Source: Candidatus Hadarchaeales archaeon (GTDB lineage Archaea > Hadarchaeota > Hadarchaeia > Hadarchaeales > Hadarchaeaceae). From it: 46,630 bases of DNA. The notes beneath the pieces are model-generated. The model worked only from the letters and a program-made list of their open reading frames with translations. It was not told where the DNA came from and made no database searches. Positions 38,867 to 46,630 of the stretch are shown here, piece after piece. Numbering within the stretch: position 1 is the stretch's first letter; every line of letters begins with the position of its first letter. The position numbers and the translations under genes are program-made. The stretch is taken from assembly GCA_038851075.1 (NCBI GenBank), contig JAWCLG010000007.1, positions 1 through 46,630 on the forward strand. The letters run 5' to 3'.

Positions 38867-41245
38867 TCATCCCATTATTACCTTTACTCTGTGGACACCT
38901 TTCTTCTTCGGTTGAGGAATAATCTTGCCAGCCACAGGTTTTCCGTCCAGCAATATCTTCACCACACCTTTTGAGACGTGATTCGGGTTCTCCACATCTA
39001 TCTCGTACCTGATCCCCCTGAAAGTTCTCACCATCTTAAATCCCGGCCAGTCACTAGGGATGCACGGATCCACCAGCAGCCCTTTTTCAACAGGCCTGAT
39101 CCCCAGAATCCATTCTGTTGATATTTTGAAGAGCCATGCGGCTGATCCGGTGTACCATGTCCAGCTGCCCTTGCCGTAAAAGGCCGACTGCGGGCCATCA
39201 GTGTTTCCCGGAAGCACATAAGGCTCTCCCTGATAAACATCCGGATTGGTTCCTCTGAGCGGCGGGCAGATCTTTCTGAAAACGCTATATGCCCTGTCAC
39301 CGTCTCCCATCTTGCAATACGCGAGAATACACCATGTAGCTGCATGCGTGTAGACTCCACCGTTCTCTCGCATCCCAGGAGCGTACCTTGTCAGGTATCC
39401 AATATTCTCATCAGGTACAGAATACCCAGGATAGAGAAGCAGCGGTCCATAATCCTTCATCAGGTTTTTCTCCACTGACTCCATCGCTTTCATGGCTCTC
39501 TCCGCCGGGGCTGTTTCGTTTATGATTGACCAAGTCTGGGCATTCAGGTATATCTTTCCCTCTCTGCATTTTTTACTCCCGATGAGGTCCCCGTTGTCCT
39601 TGGTCGCCCTCCAGTACCACGAACCATCCCACCCGTACCTGTTGATGCTTTTCTTCAACGCCTCTGCTTTCTTAATGTAGACGTTTGCCGTTTTTCCGTC
39701 CCCCATTTTTTTGCAGACTTTTGAAAATCTCAGGAGAACCCCGCAGAGGAAGTGAGCCAGCCATATTGACTCACCCTTCCATTTCAGGCCGACTGAACTC
39801 AGGCCATCATTCCAGTCCCCCGAGCCTATCAGCGGGAGACCGCGGGGACTCATTCTGGAAAGCGCCAGGTCGATAGCCCGTTTGCAGTGCATGTAAAGCG
39901 ATTCTGAGGGGGCATCCACGTACCGGACTCGCTGTTTCAGAATGCTCCAGTCTTCGGTCTCCTCAAGATAAAACGTCAGAACATAGGGCAGCCATAGCAT
40001 GTTGTCGCTGATATTCGTTCTCATTCCGAGCTCGGTGATCGGGTGCCACCAGTGATACACCGTTCCGTCCTTAAACTGATGCTCCGCATGCAATAAAATC
40101 TGCTTTCTTGCAAGGTCGGGTCTCAGAGGTATCAGCAGGAGACTGCTCTGCAGCTGATCTCTGAAACCGTAGGCGCCAGAACACTGATAGTATCCAGTTC
40201 TCGCCCAGAGATGCCCAGATACGGCCTGATATTTGAGCCAGTAATTATTCATTAGATTAAAACCAGGATCAGGAGTGCTAACTGTCACCCCGGACAGGAA
40301 CTCCTGCCAGAATTTTTTTACATCAAAAAACGCCTTATTCACATTTTTCTCATCACTGTACCTCTTCAGCAGGCGCTTGGCTTCGGCTGCCGGTGCCGCT
40401 CCAACTGTAAATATCAGAACCTTTTCCTCTCCAGCCTCCAGAAGTACCTTCACATGAAGACTTGCGATACTGTCATAAAATTTTCCAACGGTCCTGCTGA
40501 GGGTACCTCTGACAACGGAGGCGGGCCTGGATATGCCTGAAGATCTGCCAAAAAACGAAAGTTTGTCTCCCTCATACCCTGCAGGCTCGACGTTCACACC
40601 GTGAAATCCTTCAAGGGCTACCTCTGGTCTACCAGTGCTTATATATGAGGGAACCGGAAGCGGTCTCTTCTTAGCGAAAATAGCGTGTGCCTCGCTGTCA
40701 TAGGCCGTCTCTATAAATGTGCGGTGAAACTCCCTGTGAGTGTCAGTCCCGTTTCCAAGGCACCACTCGAAGTACGTAAAAACACTCAGCTCCATTTTAC
40801 CGGACGTGGTGTTCTTCAACGTGACCTTCCATATCTCGAGAGGCTCTCCCGGTGGGATAAAAACGAGCATTCGTGATAAAAGTCCGTTCTTTCTGCTTTC
40901 TATTTCAGTGTACCCGATTCCGTGTTTCACTTCATATTTATCGAATTCTGGGCAGCAGGGTTTCCACGTGAGCGACCACACTTCTCCTGTTCGATCATCT
41001 CTGATGTACACGTACTTTCCGTATTCGTCTCTGACTAGGTCCTGATGCCAGATATTCACCCTTGCGAGAGCTGAATTTCCCCTCCAGCTGAAACCGCTGC
41101 CCGCCTGGGAGATGACCAGCCCGTAATCACCGTTGCATATAACGTTGACCCATGGTGCAGGGGTATCAGGCCTCATGATTATGAACTCATCTCCGGATTC
41201 TGAAAATTTTCCATACTTGCTCTCGAAAAGCCCCTTTCCTGCCAT
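38867..41245 (-). CDS. GH94 glycoside phosphorylase (cytoplasmic)
   Basis: TPAPWVNVI, YQCSGAYGFRDQLQ, HWWHP, GDWNDG (catalytic Asp), RENGGVYTHA, WYTGSAAW; no signal peptide. Confidence 0.92.
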   Translation of the reverse strand: MAGKGLFESKYGKFSESGDEFIIMRPDTPAPWVNVICNGDYGLVISQAGSGFSWRGNSALARVNIWHQDLVRDEYGKYVYIRDDRTGEVWSLTWKPCCPEFDKYEVKHGIGYTEIESRKNGLLSRMLVFIPPGEPLEIWKVTLKNTTSGKMELSVFTYFEWCLGNGTDTHREFHRTFIETAYDSEAHAIFAKKRPLPVPSYISTGRPEVALEGFHGVNVEPAGYEGDKLSFFGRSSGISRPASVVRGTLSRTVGKFYDSIASLHVKVLLEAGEEKVLIFTVGAAPAAEAKRLLKRYSDEKNVNKAFFDVKKFWQEFLSGVTVSTPDPGFNLMNNYWLKYQAVSGHLWARTGYYQCSGAYGFRDQLQSSLLLIPLRPDLARKQILLHAEHQFKDGTVYHWWHPITELGMRTNISDNMLWLPYVLTFYLEETEDWSILKQRVRYVDAPSESLYMHCKRAIDLALSRMSPRGLPLIGSGDWNDGLSSVGLKWKGESIWLAHFLCGVLLRFSKVCKKMGDGKTANVYIKKAEALKKSINRYGWDGSWYWRATKDNGDLIGSKKCREGKIYLNAQTWSIINETAPAERAMKAMESVEKNLMKDYGPLLLYPGYSVPDENIGYLTRYAPGMRENGGVYTHAATWCILAYCKMGDGDRAYSVFRKICPPLRGTNPDVYQGEPYVLPGNTDGPQSAFYGKGSWTWYTGSAAWLFKISTEWILGIRPVEKGLLVDPCIPSDWPGFKMVRTFRGIRYEIDVENPNHVSKGVVKILLDGKPVAGKIIPQPKKKGVHRVKVIMG

Positions 41246-41423
41246 CTCATCCCCGTCTTTTCCCACTGAACTAACTCGTTATTTAAGACTTTTGAGTAAC
41301 ATGGGGGATTAAAAAAAATACGAAATCTTTAAGTTTCTCAAGATTTTTGCAATAGATCCAAAGCGTGAGCTGAGGTAAAGTTAAAAACCGAGTGGAGGAT
41401 ATTAAACCGCAAAAGGTGATGAT

Positions 41424-42611
41424 ATGCCCCAAGCACCCGATATGGAGATATATCATTTCTGGACAGGGCACGAAGAGGCCCCAGTAAATGCCCTCCTCAA
41501 TGCCTTTGAAAAAAAATATGGGATGAAGATAGGCAGGAACGCAATGGAATGGAGCGTTTACTCAATGGTAACCAAAGCCATGCTGATCGGGGGAAACGCT
41601 CCGGACTTGATGGTTTACGACATCGGGCAGAGGATACGCGAATCGGCTAGAATAGGCGAGCTGAGCCGCCTGGACGATGTATGGGGCGCCGAATTCTCAA
41701 AATTATATCCGGAGTGGGTGAAGGACGCCTGCCGGGATGGGGAAAACACCTATGGGGTGCCCATCAAGCGATTCACTTTTGTGGTTTGGTATCTCAAGGA
41801 CGTGTTCCAAAAGTACCGCATATCTCCTCCGGAAACATGGGACGATTTTATTGATATCTGCAAAAAATTCGAAAAAGCAGGCCTTCCGCCCATGGTTGCG
41901 AGTGACTGGGAAATATCGATGTGGTTCGAGAACATTCTGGCCCGCACGGTCGGACAGAAGTTCTACAACAGGCTCATGAACGGGGATGAGAAATGGACCG
42001 ACCCTAAAGTGATCGATGCCTACGAAACTCTACAGGAGATGGCCCTCAACTACATGATACCATATCCGTTCACCAACAGTTTCAAAGAATCGTGGGAAAT
42101 CCTGAACAAACGTGAAGCGGGGATGCAGCTTCAGGGTGACTGGGTCAACGGAATGTGGAGGCGCAGGTACAGGTATGCTCCAGGGAAAAACTATGATTTC
42201 TTCCCGGTACCCCCCATCGACAAAAGAATAGGTCAGATAATGGTCGCAGGCGGTAACGCGTGGGTTATACCAGAAAAGGCCAAAAACGCAGAAAACGCTA
42301 GGAAATTTTTAAGGTTTGCAGGATCGGTCGAAGGACAGCGCATACTCGTAAGGAAGGGGATGGGTTTGGCCGGGAGTAACTATGTGGGAACCGAAAACTA
42401 CGATGCTATCTCAAGGAGGCTAATCGAATACCTGGACAGATTCCCCACGGTCCTTCAGATGGACGCCATTTTGCCCTACAGCGTTTCAAGCGTTGAGAAG
42501 CTACAGCAGATGCAAATTGTGCTTGGGCAAAAAACAAAAAAGACTGAAATCAAAAGGCTTCTATCCGAAATCGACACCGCGACGGATAAGATAAAGCACG
42601 CCAGAGAGTGA
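41424..42611 (+). CDS. Sugar-binding protein homologue lacking a signal peptide
   Basis: EIYHFWTG, YGVP, PETWDDF, LQGDW. In-frame TAA at 41403 and SD AGGTGAT support the start; no hydrophobic N-terminus. Confidence 0.8.
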   Translation: MPQAPDMEIYHFWTGHEEAPVNALLNAFEKKYGMKIGRNAMEWSVYSMVTKAMLIGGNAPDLMVYDIGQRIRESARIGELSRLDDVWGAEFSKLYPEWVKDACRDGENTYGVPIKRFTFVVWYLKDVFQKYRISPPETWDDFIDICKKFEKAGLPPMVASDWEISMWFENILARTVGQKFYNRLMNGDEKWTDPKVIDAYETLQEMALNYMIPYPFTNSFKESWEILNKREAGMQLQGDWVNGMWRRRYRYAPGKNYDFFPVPPIDKRIGQIMVAGGNAWVIPEKAKNAENARKFLRFAGSVEGQRILVRKGMGLAGSNYVGTENYDAISRRLIEYLDRFPTVLQMDAILPYSVSSVEKLQQMQIVLGQKTKKTEIKRLLSEIDTATDKIKHARE

Positions 42612-43375
42612 TCTTTTTGAGAAAGATGGGAACTGTGGTTGGCGTATTTTCAGCAAAAGGTGGTGTCGGAAAAACGACGGTCGTAGTGAACCTTGGAACA
42701 GCTTTATCCGATATGTCCAAGGGCAACGTGATACTGGTAGAAACCAATGTCACCGTTTCCACCCTCGGACTGTATTTCGGCATGACGAAACCTCCAGTTT
42801 CCATTCAGGACATACTCATGGGCAGGGTGGAAGTGGAAAGCGCAATTACAAGATATGAAAATAAACTTGATGTGCTGCCCGGTGATATTGGATTTTCGAG
42901 AGAATTTGGAAAACTTGATATGGGCTCCCTGATAGACCCCCTCAGGAAAAAATACGGTATCATACTGATAGACTCATCTCCGGGTTTTGGTCTCGAAGTA
43001 TATTCTGGACTTAAAGTCTGCGATGAAATCCTGATCGTATGTCAGCCTGAGATACCATCAGTTCTCGGGGCGCTTCAGACATACCGGGTCGCGGATGAGC
43101 TCAAGATACCTGTGGTTGGAGTGGTCATCAACAGAGTCACAGGAAAAGATTACGAGATACCGGTCAACGATATAAAAAAGACATTCGGAGGTGCGGTTGT
43201 CTCAGTTATCCCGGAAGACCCAAAAGTTCCTGAAAGTGTTGCGATAGGTAGGCCGGTGGTACTATCGGCGCCCGATTCGCCGGCAGCGGTAGAGTTCAGA
43301 AGACTGGCACGCAGCTTCTATGCCAGGATAAAAAGCCAGAAACGCGTAAAATTCCTGAAGAAAACGGTAAAATGA
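42608..43375 (+). CDS. MinD/ParA family ATPase
   Basis: KGGVGKTT deviant Walker A, IDSSPG, GVVINRV, IPEDPKVPES, SPAA; GTGA overlap with the preceding gene. Confidence 0.88.
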   Translation: MIFLRKMGTVVGVFSAKGGVGKTTVVVNLGTALSDMSKGNVILVETNVTVSTLGLYFGMTKPPVSIQDILMGRVEVESAITRYENKLDVLPGDIGFSREFGKLDMGSLIDPLRKKYGIILIDSSPGFGLEVYSGLKVCDEILIVCQPEIPSVLGALQTYRVADELKIPVVGVVINRVTGKDYEIPVNDIKKTFGGAVVSVIPEDPKVPESVAIGRPVVLSAPDSPAAVEFRRLARSFYARIKSQKRVKFLKKTVK

Positions 43376-43427
43376 ATAATCCGCACGAACAATTTTTAAT
43401 CGACCAATTGTTAAAAGTGATAAAAAC

Positions 43428-43459
43428 TTTTCGTAAAAACACGAAAATCCCGGGATTTT
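43428..43459. promoter_or_regulatory. Two overlapping inverted repeats upstream of the scaffoldin-like operon
   Basis: TTTTCGT-N6-ACGAAAA (43428-43447) and the perfect 16-bp palindrome AAAATCCCGGGATTTT (43444-43459). Confidence 0.45.
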
Positions 43460-43498
43460 AGACACCAATAAAAATGCCTCTCAACACACTATTGTTCG

Positions 43499-45217
43499 AT
43501 GAAGAAAAACAACAAAATCCTGGCCCTGGAAATTGCGTTCCTGTGCGGAATGCTGCTGGCAACTGTATCAACTGTGGGAGTTGTCGGCGCTTCCGGAGAT
43601 CTCAACTTCTGCGATTTCGAAACCCCTGGCTTCACCAGCTTGGGCGGCGGAAGGGGGGCAATGGAATCAACTACTGGCCTCATCACCGAAAACGACGTTT
43701 CTGGCGGAGTCAGCGGTAAGGCTCTCAAGCTCACATATAATTTCTCCAGCACACAGTGGTGCGGTTACTGGATGTTTTTCAAAGCAGATCAAACTGAGTA
43801 TAATGTCAGCGGATACACTCACATTAAGATGTGGGTGAAGGGAGCTTCTGGAAACGAGATATTCAAGCTCGAGCTGCAGGACACCGATGGCGGAGGAAGC
43901 TACAAGACCGGGATATCGGTGCCAAGCACATCATGGACTGAGATAAGCATCTCGCTATCGGACTTCACCAAGATACCGTGGTACCAGGAACCTGCAAATC
44001 TGTCCAAACTGAGACAGATAAACATAGTATTTGATGTTGCACCCAGGAACAGCACGGTTTACTTTGACGAAATCCGGTTTATCTCCGGTTCATCACCTCC
44101 ACCTCCTACTCCATCTGGGAACGAGCTGATCGTGGATGATTTCAACGACGGGAGCGGGCCAAACAACCTGGGTGGAGCATGTGGAGCTATGGGGGACTCT
44201 GGCACCGAAATAAGTGAGAACTATGTCACAGGCGCATATGAGGGACAATATGCCCTCAGGCTCACGTATGATCGCAAAACAAGCTGGGTCGGGTACTGGA
44301 CATTTATGAAACCAGACCAGAGTGGCTACGATGTAAGCGGATACGAGAATCTGAAAATCGCCGTCAAGGGGGCCTCAGCTACCGAGATGAAGATAGAGCT
44401 TGAAGATGAGTCGGGCGGAGCGAGCTACAAGTACATCAATGTGCCCGCCTCTAACTGGTCGGAGGTCACCATACCGCTATCATCCTTCCAGAAAATCCCG
44501 TGGAAGGAATCGGCCGCGGATCTCTCAGATCTGAAGCAGATCAATCTGGTCTTTGACAAGAGCCCCAGCACGAACACGGTGTATGTCGATATAATAAGGT
44601 TCGTGTCCTCAAGCTCACAGGGTGGGACCACACTTGTCTATGTGTCTCCGGCGAGCCAGCAGGTGGTCGGTGACAACGCATTCAGCGTAGATATAAAAGT
44701 CACACCGGGTACTGCAATCTCTGGAATGCAGGTGAGCCTGAAATTCGACCCATCGCTGCTGAGCGTGACAAGCGTGGCTGAAGGCGATCTGCTGTCTCAG
44801 GGCGGCTCGACTTACTTCGGCGTTATAAAAATCGACAACGAAAACGGAATAGTCACCGGGATTTACGGCGTGGTGCTCGGCTCCGGAACCGTGTCAACTC
44901 CGGGAACTTTTGCAAAAATATACATGAAGGGCAAGATGGTCGAAGGAACATCGCAGCTTCTGCTGGAAAACGTGATTGTCGGAGACGGCCAGGGCAACTC
45001 TGTCAATGTCTCGGTTGAGAACGGTTCCGTTACACTGCTGCCTTACCCTGATTGGGATGTGAACATGGACGGACACGTCAACGTGCTGGACATGATAGTG
45101 GTTATCCAGAACTGGGGCAAAACCGGAGCTCCGCACTGGATCAGATCGGATGTAAACCGCGATGGAAAAGTAAACGTGCTCGACATGATCCTCATAGGAA
45201 AGAACTGGACGGGATAG
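43499..45217 (+). CDS. Secreted scaffoldin-like protein: CBM11-like x2 + cohesin + C-terminal dockerin
   Basis: Signal peptide; two WxGYW/ELxD CBM repeats joined by SSPPPPTPS; cohesin pattern VYVSP..FSVDIKV..GMQVSLKFDPSLLSVTSVAEGDLL..GTFAKI..GTSQLLL..NGSVT; paired Ca loops DVNMDGHVNVLD and DVNRDGKVNVLD. Confidence 0.82.
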   Translation: MKKNNKILALEIAFLCGMLLATVSTVGVVGASGDLNFCDFETPGFTSLGGGRGAMESTTGLITENDVSGGVSGKALKLTYNFSSTQWCGYWMFFKADQTEYNVSGYTHIKMWVKGASGNEIFKLELQDTDGGGSYKTGISVPSTSWTEISISLSDFTKIPWYQEPANLSKLRQINIVFDVAPRNSTVYFDEIRFISGSSPPPPTPSGNELIVDDFNDGSGPNNLGGACGAMGDSGTEISENYVTGAYEGQYALRLTYDRKTSWVGYWTFMKPDQSGYDVSGYENLKIAVKGASATEMKIELEDESGGASYKYINVPASNWSEVTIPLSSFQKIPWKESAADLSDLKQINLVFDKSPSTNTVYVDIIRFVSSSSQGGTTLVYVSPASQQVVGDNAFSVDIKVTPGTAISGMQVSLKFDPSLLSVTSVAEGDLLSQGGSTYFGVIKIDNENGIVTGIYGVVLGSGTVSTPGTFAKIYMKGKMVEGTSQLLLENVIVGDGQGNSVNVSVENGSVTLLPYPDWDVNMDGHVNVLDMIVVIQNWGKTGAPHWIRSDVNRDGKVNVLDMILIGKNWTG

Positions 45218-45219
45218 GT

Positions 45220-45936
45220 GTGTTCAAGGCAAGGCTCTCTCTAATGGCCTTGGCCCTGACCTCTTTTGTTATAGTTTCCTGTGGGGGGCTGGCAGGCGCT
45301 CTTGGCTCCGGCACGATTGAGGTTTACCCGAACTCAAAGACTGTGGAACTCGGCAAAGAATTCAGCGTAGACATTGTAGTCAGCGCGACTGTACCAGTAA
45401 CCGGAGTGCAGTTTGATCTCAGGTTCGATCAGTCTGTGCTCAGAGTGACTAAAGTTGAAAAGGGAAACATATTCAGTGAAGGATTCTTCCAGGTGATAGG
45501 CGGAGTAAACAACACTACCGGAACTGTCAGCGATGTTGTTGACGTATCAATTGGGCCGAGCACAACCACAGGCGGGGTGGTCGCGAAGGTGTACTTTGAA
45601 ACTGTGACAAAAGGCAGCTCACAGATTATCCTTGAAAACGTGATAGTCGGCGACGAGAATGCCAGCAATTTGTCCGTTTCCGTGAGAAGCGGAACTGTGT
45701 ATGTCATTGAGCCAGTAACTGGAGATAATCAACCTTCCGAGAATACTCCGAGCTCACAGCAGGGGGGACCTCAGTCGCAAGAAAACAGGCGGTCTGCGGC
45801 GCCCCAGTCTGCAATTGATATAACGATTCCGCTCATGGCTGGGCTGGGGCTTTTAATCGGTTCCATTGTGTCGCTTATGATATTCAGAAAGAGAACGACA
45901 TACGGAGAGCAAAACAAAAATGAATCGATATGGTAA
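45220..45936 (+). CDS. Cell-surface anchoring cohesin protein (signal peptide + cohesin + linker + C-terminal TM)
   Basis: GTG start 2 nt after the previous stop; FSVDIVV..GVQFDLRFDQSVLRVTKVEKGNIF..GVVAKVYF..GSSQIIL..SGTVYV; P/S/Q linker; IPLMAGLGLLIGSIVSLMIF-RKR. Confidence 0.8.
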   Translation: MFKARLSLMALALTSFVIVSCGGLAGALGSGTIEVYPNSKTVELGKEFSVDIVVSATVPVTGVQFDLRFDQSVLRVTKVEKGNIFSEGFFQVIGGVNNTTGTVSDVVDVSIGPSTTTGGVVAKVYFETVTKGSSQIILENVIVGDENASNLSVSVRSGTVYVIEPVTGDNQPSENTPSSQQGGPQSQENRRSAAPQSAIDITIPLMAGLGLLIGSIVSLMIFRKRTTYGEQNKNESIW

Positions 45937-46630
45937 ATCTTCTAGTTTTGGTCCAAGGGAAAAGTTGTCCAGGATCGCTTTTTGCTGTTCAATAGCAATC
46001 CTGCTTGTACTACTGATTAACTCGACTGCAATATCGGCCGCAGATCTTGTATACGATGATTTCAATGACGGTGAAGCAGGGACGAATCAGGGGGGGCTGG
46101 TCGGAACGATGTCCCCGGATCTAAACGGTGACAACGTTGGGGAGTACGACCCGACGGTAAACTTCACGAATGACAGTTATGAGGGGTCATTCGCTTTATC
46201 ATTGACCTATTCCATGCCCTCAGGGCAGTGGTGCGGTTACTGGAGCTATGCGAATGACACAGATCCAAACAGTCCTCCTCAAAGCACGATTGACGTCAGC
46301 GGATATGGTGAGCTGAGGTTCGCGGCCAGAGGGACCAAAGGCAACGAACAAATCAAGGTTGAGCTGACGAGCAGTTCTTCTGAGGCAAGCTACAAATACG
46401 TCACGGTCCCGGGAACGAGCTGGGGGGAGATCGTGATAAAACTCACGGAATTAACAAAAGTCCCATGGATTCCAAACCCCGTCAATTTATCGGCCCTTCG
46501 CCAGATCAATTTTATTTTTGACAGATCACCATACAGCAGCACCGTTTACCTCGATTACATACGCTTCACTGGCGGCACCTCTGCTCTGCAGAACCCGACC
46601 GCGAGCTTCACCTACTCTCCAGCATCCCCA
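45920..46630 (+). CDS. Secreted CBM11-like + PKD-domain protein, runs off the right edge
   Basis: Not in the ORF track. Hand translation from ATG 45920 is open to the end: signal peptide, VYDDFNDG, WCGYW, DVSGY, IKVEL, LRQINFIFD, YLDYIRF, then NPTASFTYSPASP (PKD start). Confidence 0.78.
   Translation, partial: MNRYGKSSSFGPREKLSRIAFCCSIAILLVLLINSTAISAADLVYDDFNDGEAGTNQGGLVGTMSPDLNGDNVGEYDPTVNFTNDSYEGSFALSLTYSMPSGQWCGYWSYANDTDPNSPPQSTIDVSGYGELRFAARGTKGNEQIKVELTSSSSEASYKYVTVPGTSWGEIVIKLTELTKVPWIPNPVNLSALRQINFIFDRSPYSSTVYLDYIRFTGGTSALQNPTASFTYSPASP

Noticed and set aside
45052-45219. N-terminal 56 aa of ORF 45052-45936
   Set aside because: Overlaps the dockerin coding region in another frame; the signal peptide begins at GTG 45220.
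28479-46630. Locus as a glucan biosynthesis (cyclic glucan synthase-like) system
   Set aside because: No glycosyltransferase domain is visible, and the importer plus extracellular hydrolases favour catabolism. Genes beyond the window could change this.
1-46630. CRISPR arrays, transposases, rRNA, defence systems
   Set aside because: No regularly spaced repeats, transposase/integrase motifs or rRNA-like segments noticed by eye.

Overview
Archaeal genomic window. Evidence for the domain: eIF6, L31e/L39e/S19e/LX, prefoldin alpha, Rpp21, Nep1, DGGGP synthase, proteasome beta and F420 cof genes. The lineage cannot be fixed from sequence alone; the gene set looks like an uncultured euryarchaeal/Hadarchaeota-type organism (inference). 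The left ~28 kb is mostly housekeeping: cofH-cofG/cofC, trpB2, the rps19e-ftsY cluster, adk, a feoA-feoB-dtxR operon with an operator palindrome, tRNA-Gly(GCC) with a non-canonical D-loop intron, a candidate C/D box sRNA, a type IV pilus-like ATPase/TadC operon, trxB, an FdrA-like protein and an atypical proteasome beta subunit. The right ~18 kb (28.5 kb to the window end) is a carbohydrate locus. It holds two membrane-anchored GH144-type (beta-1,2-glucanase family) enzymes, a complete sugar ABC importer, a GH94 phosphorylase, and a signal-less solute-binding protein coupled to a MinD-like ATPase. It ends in an operon for a CBM-CBM-cohesin-dockerin protein, a membrane-anchored cohesin protein and a further CBM-PKD protein. 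This is the best candidate for an undescribed system: an archaeal cellulosome-like, surface-anchored glycan-capture apparatus, probably for beta-1,2-glucans. A close paralogue of the same CBM carries a pilin-type signal peptide and is divergent from the pilus-assembly operon, hinting at a bindosome-like second display route. All family calls come from motif recognition by eye, not database searches.
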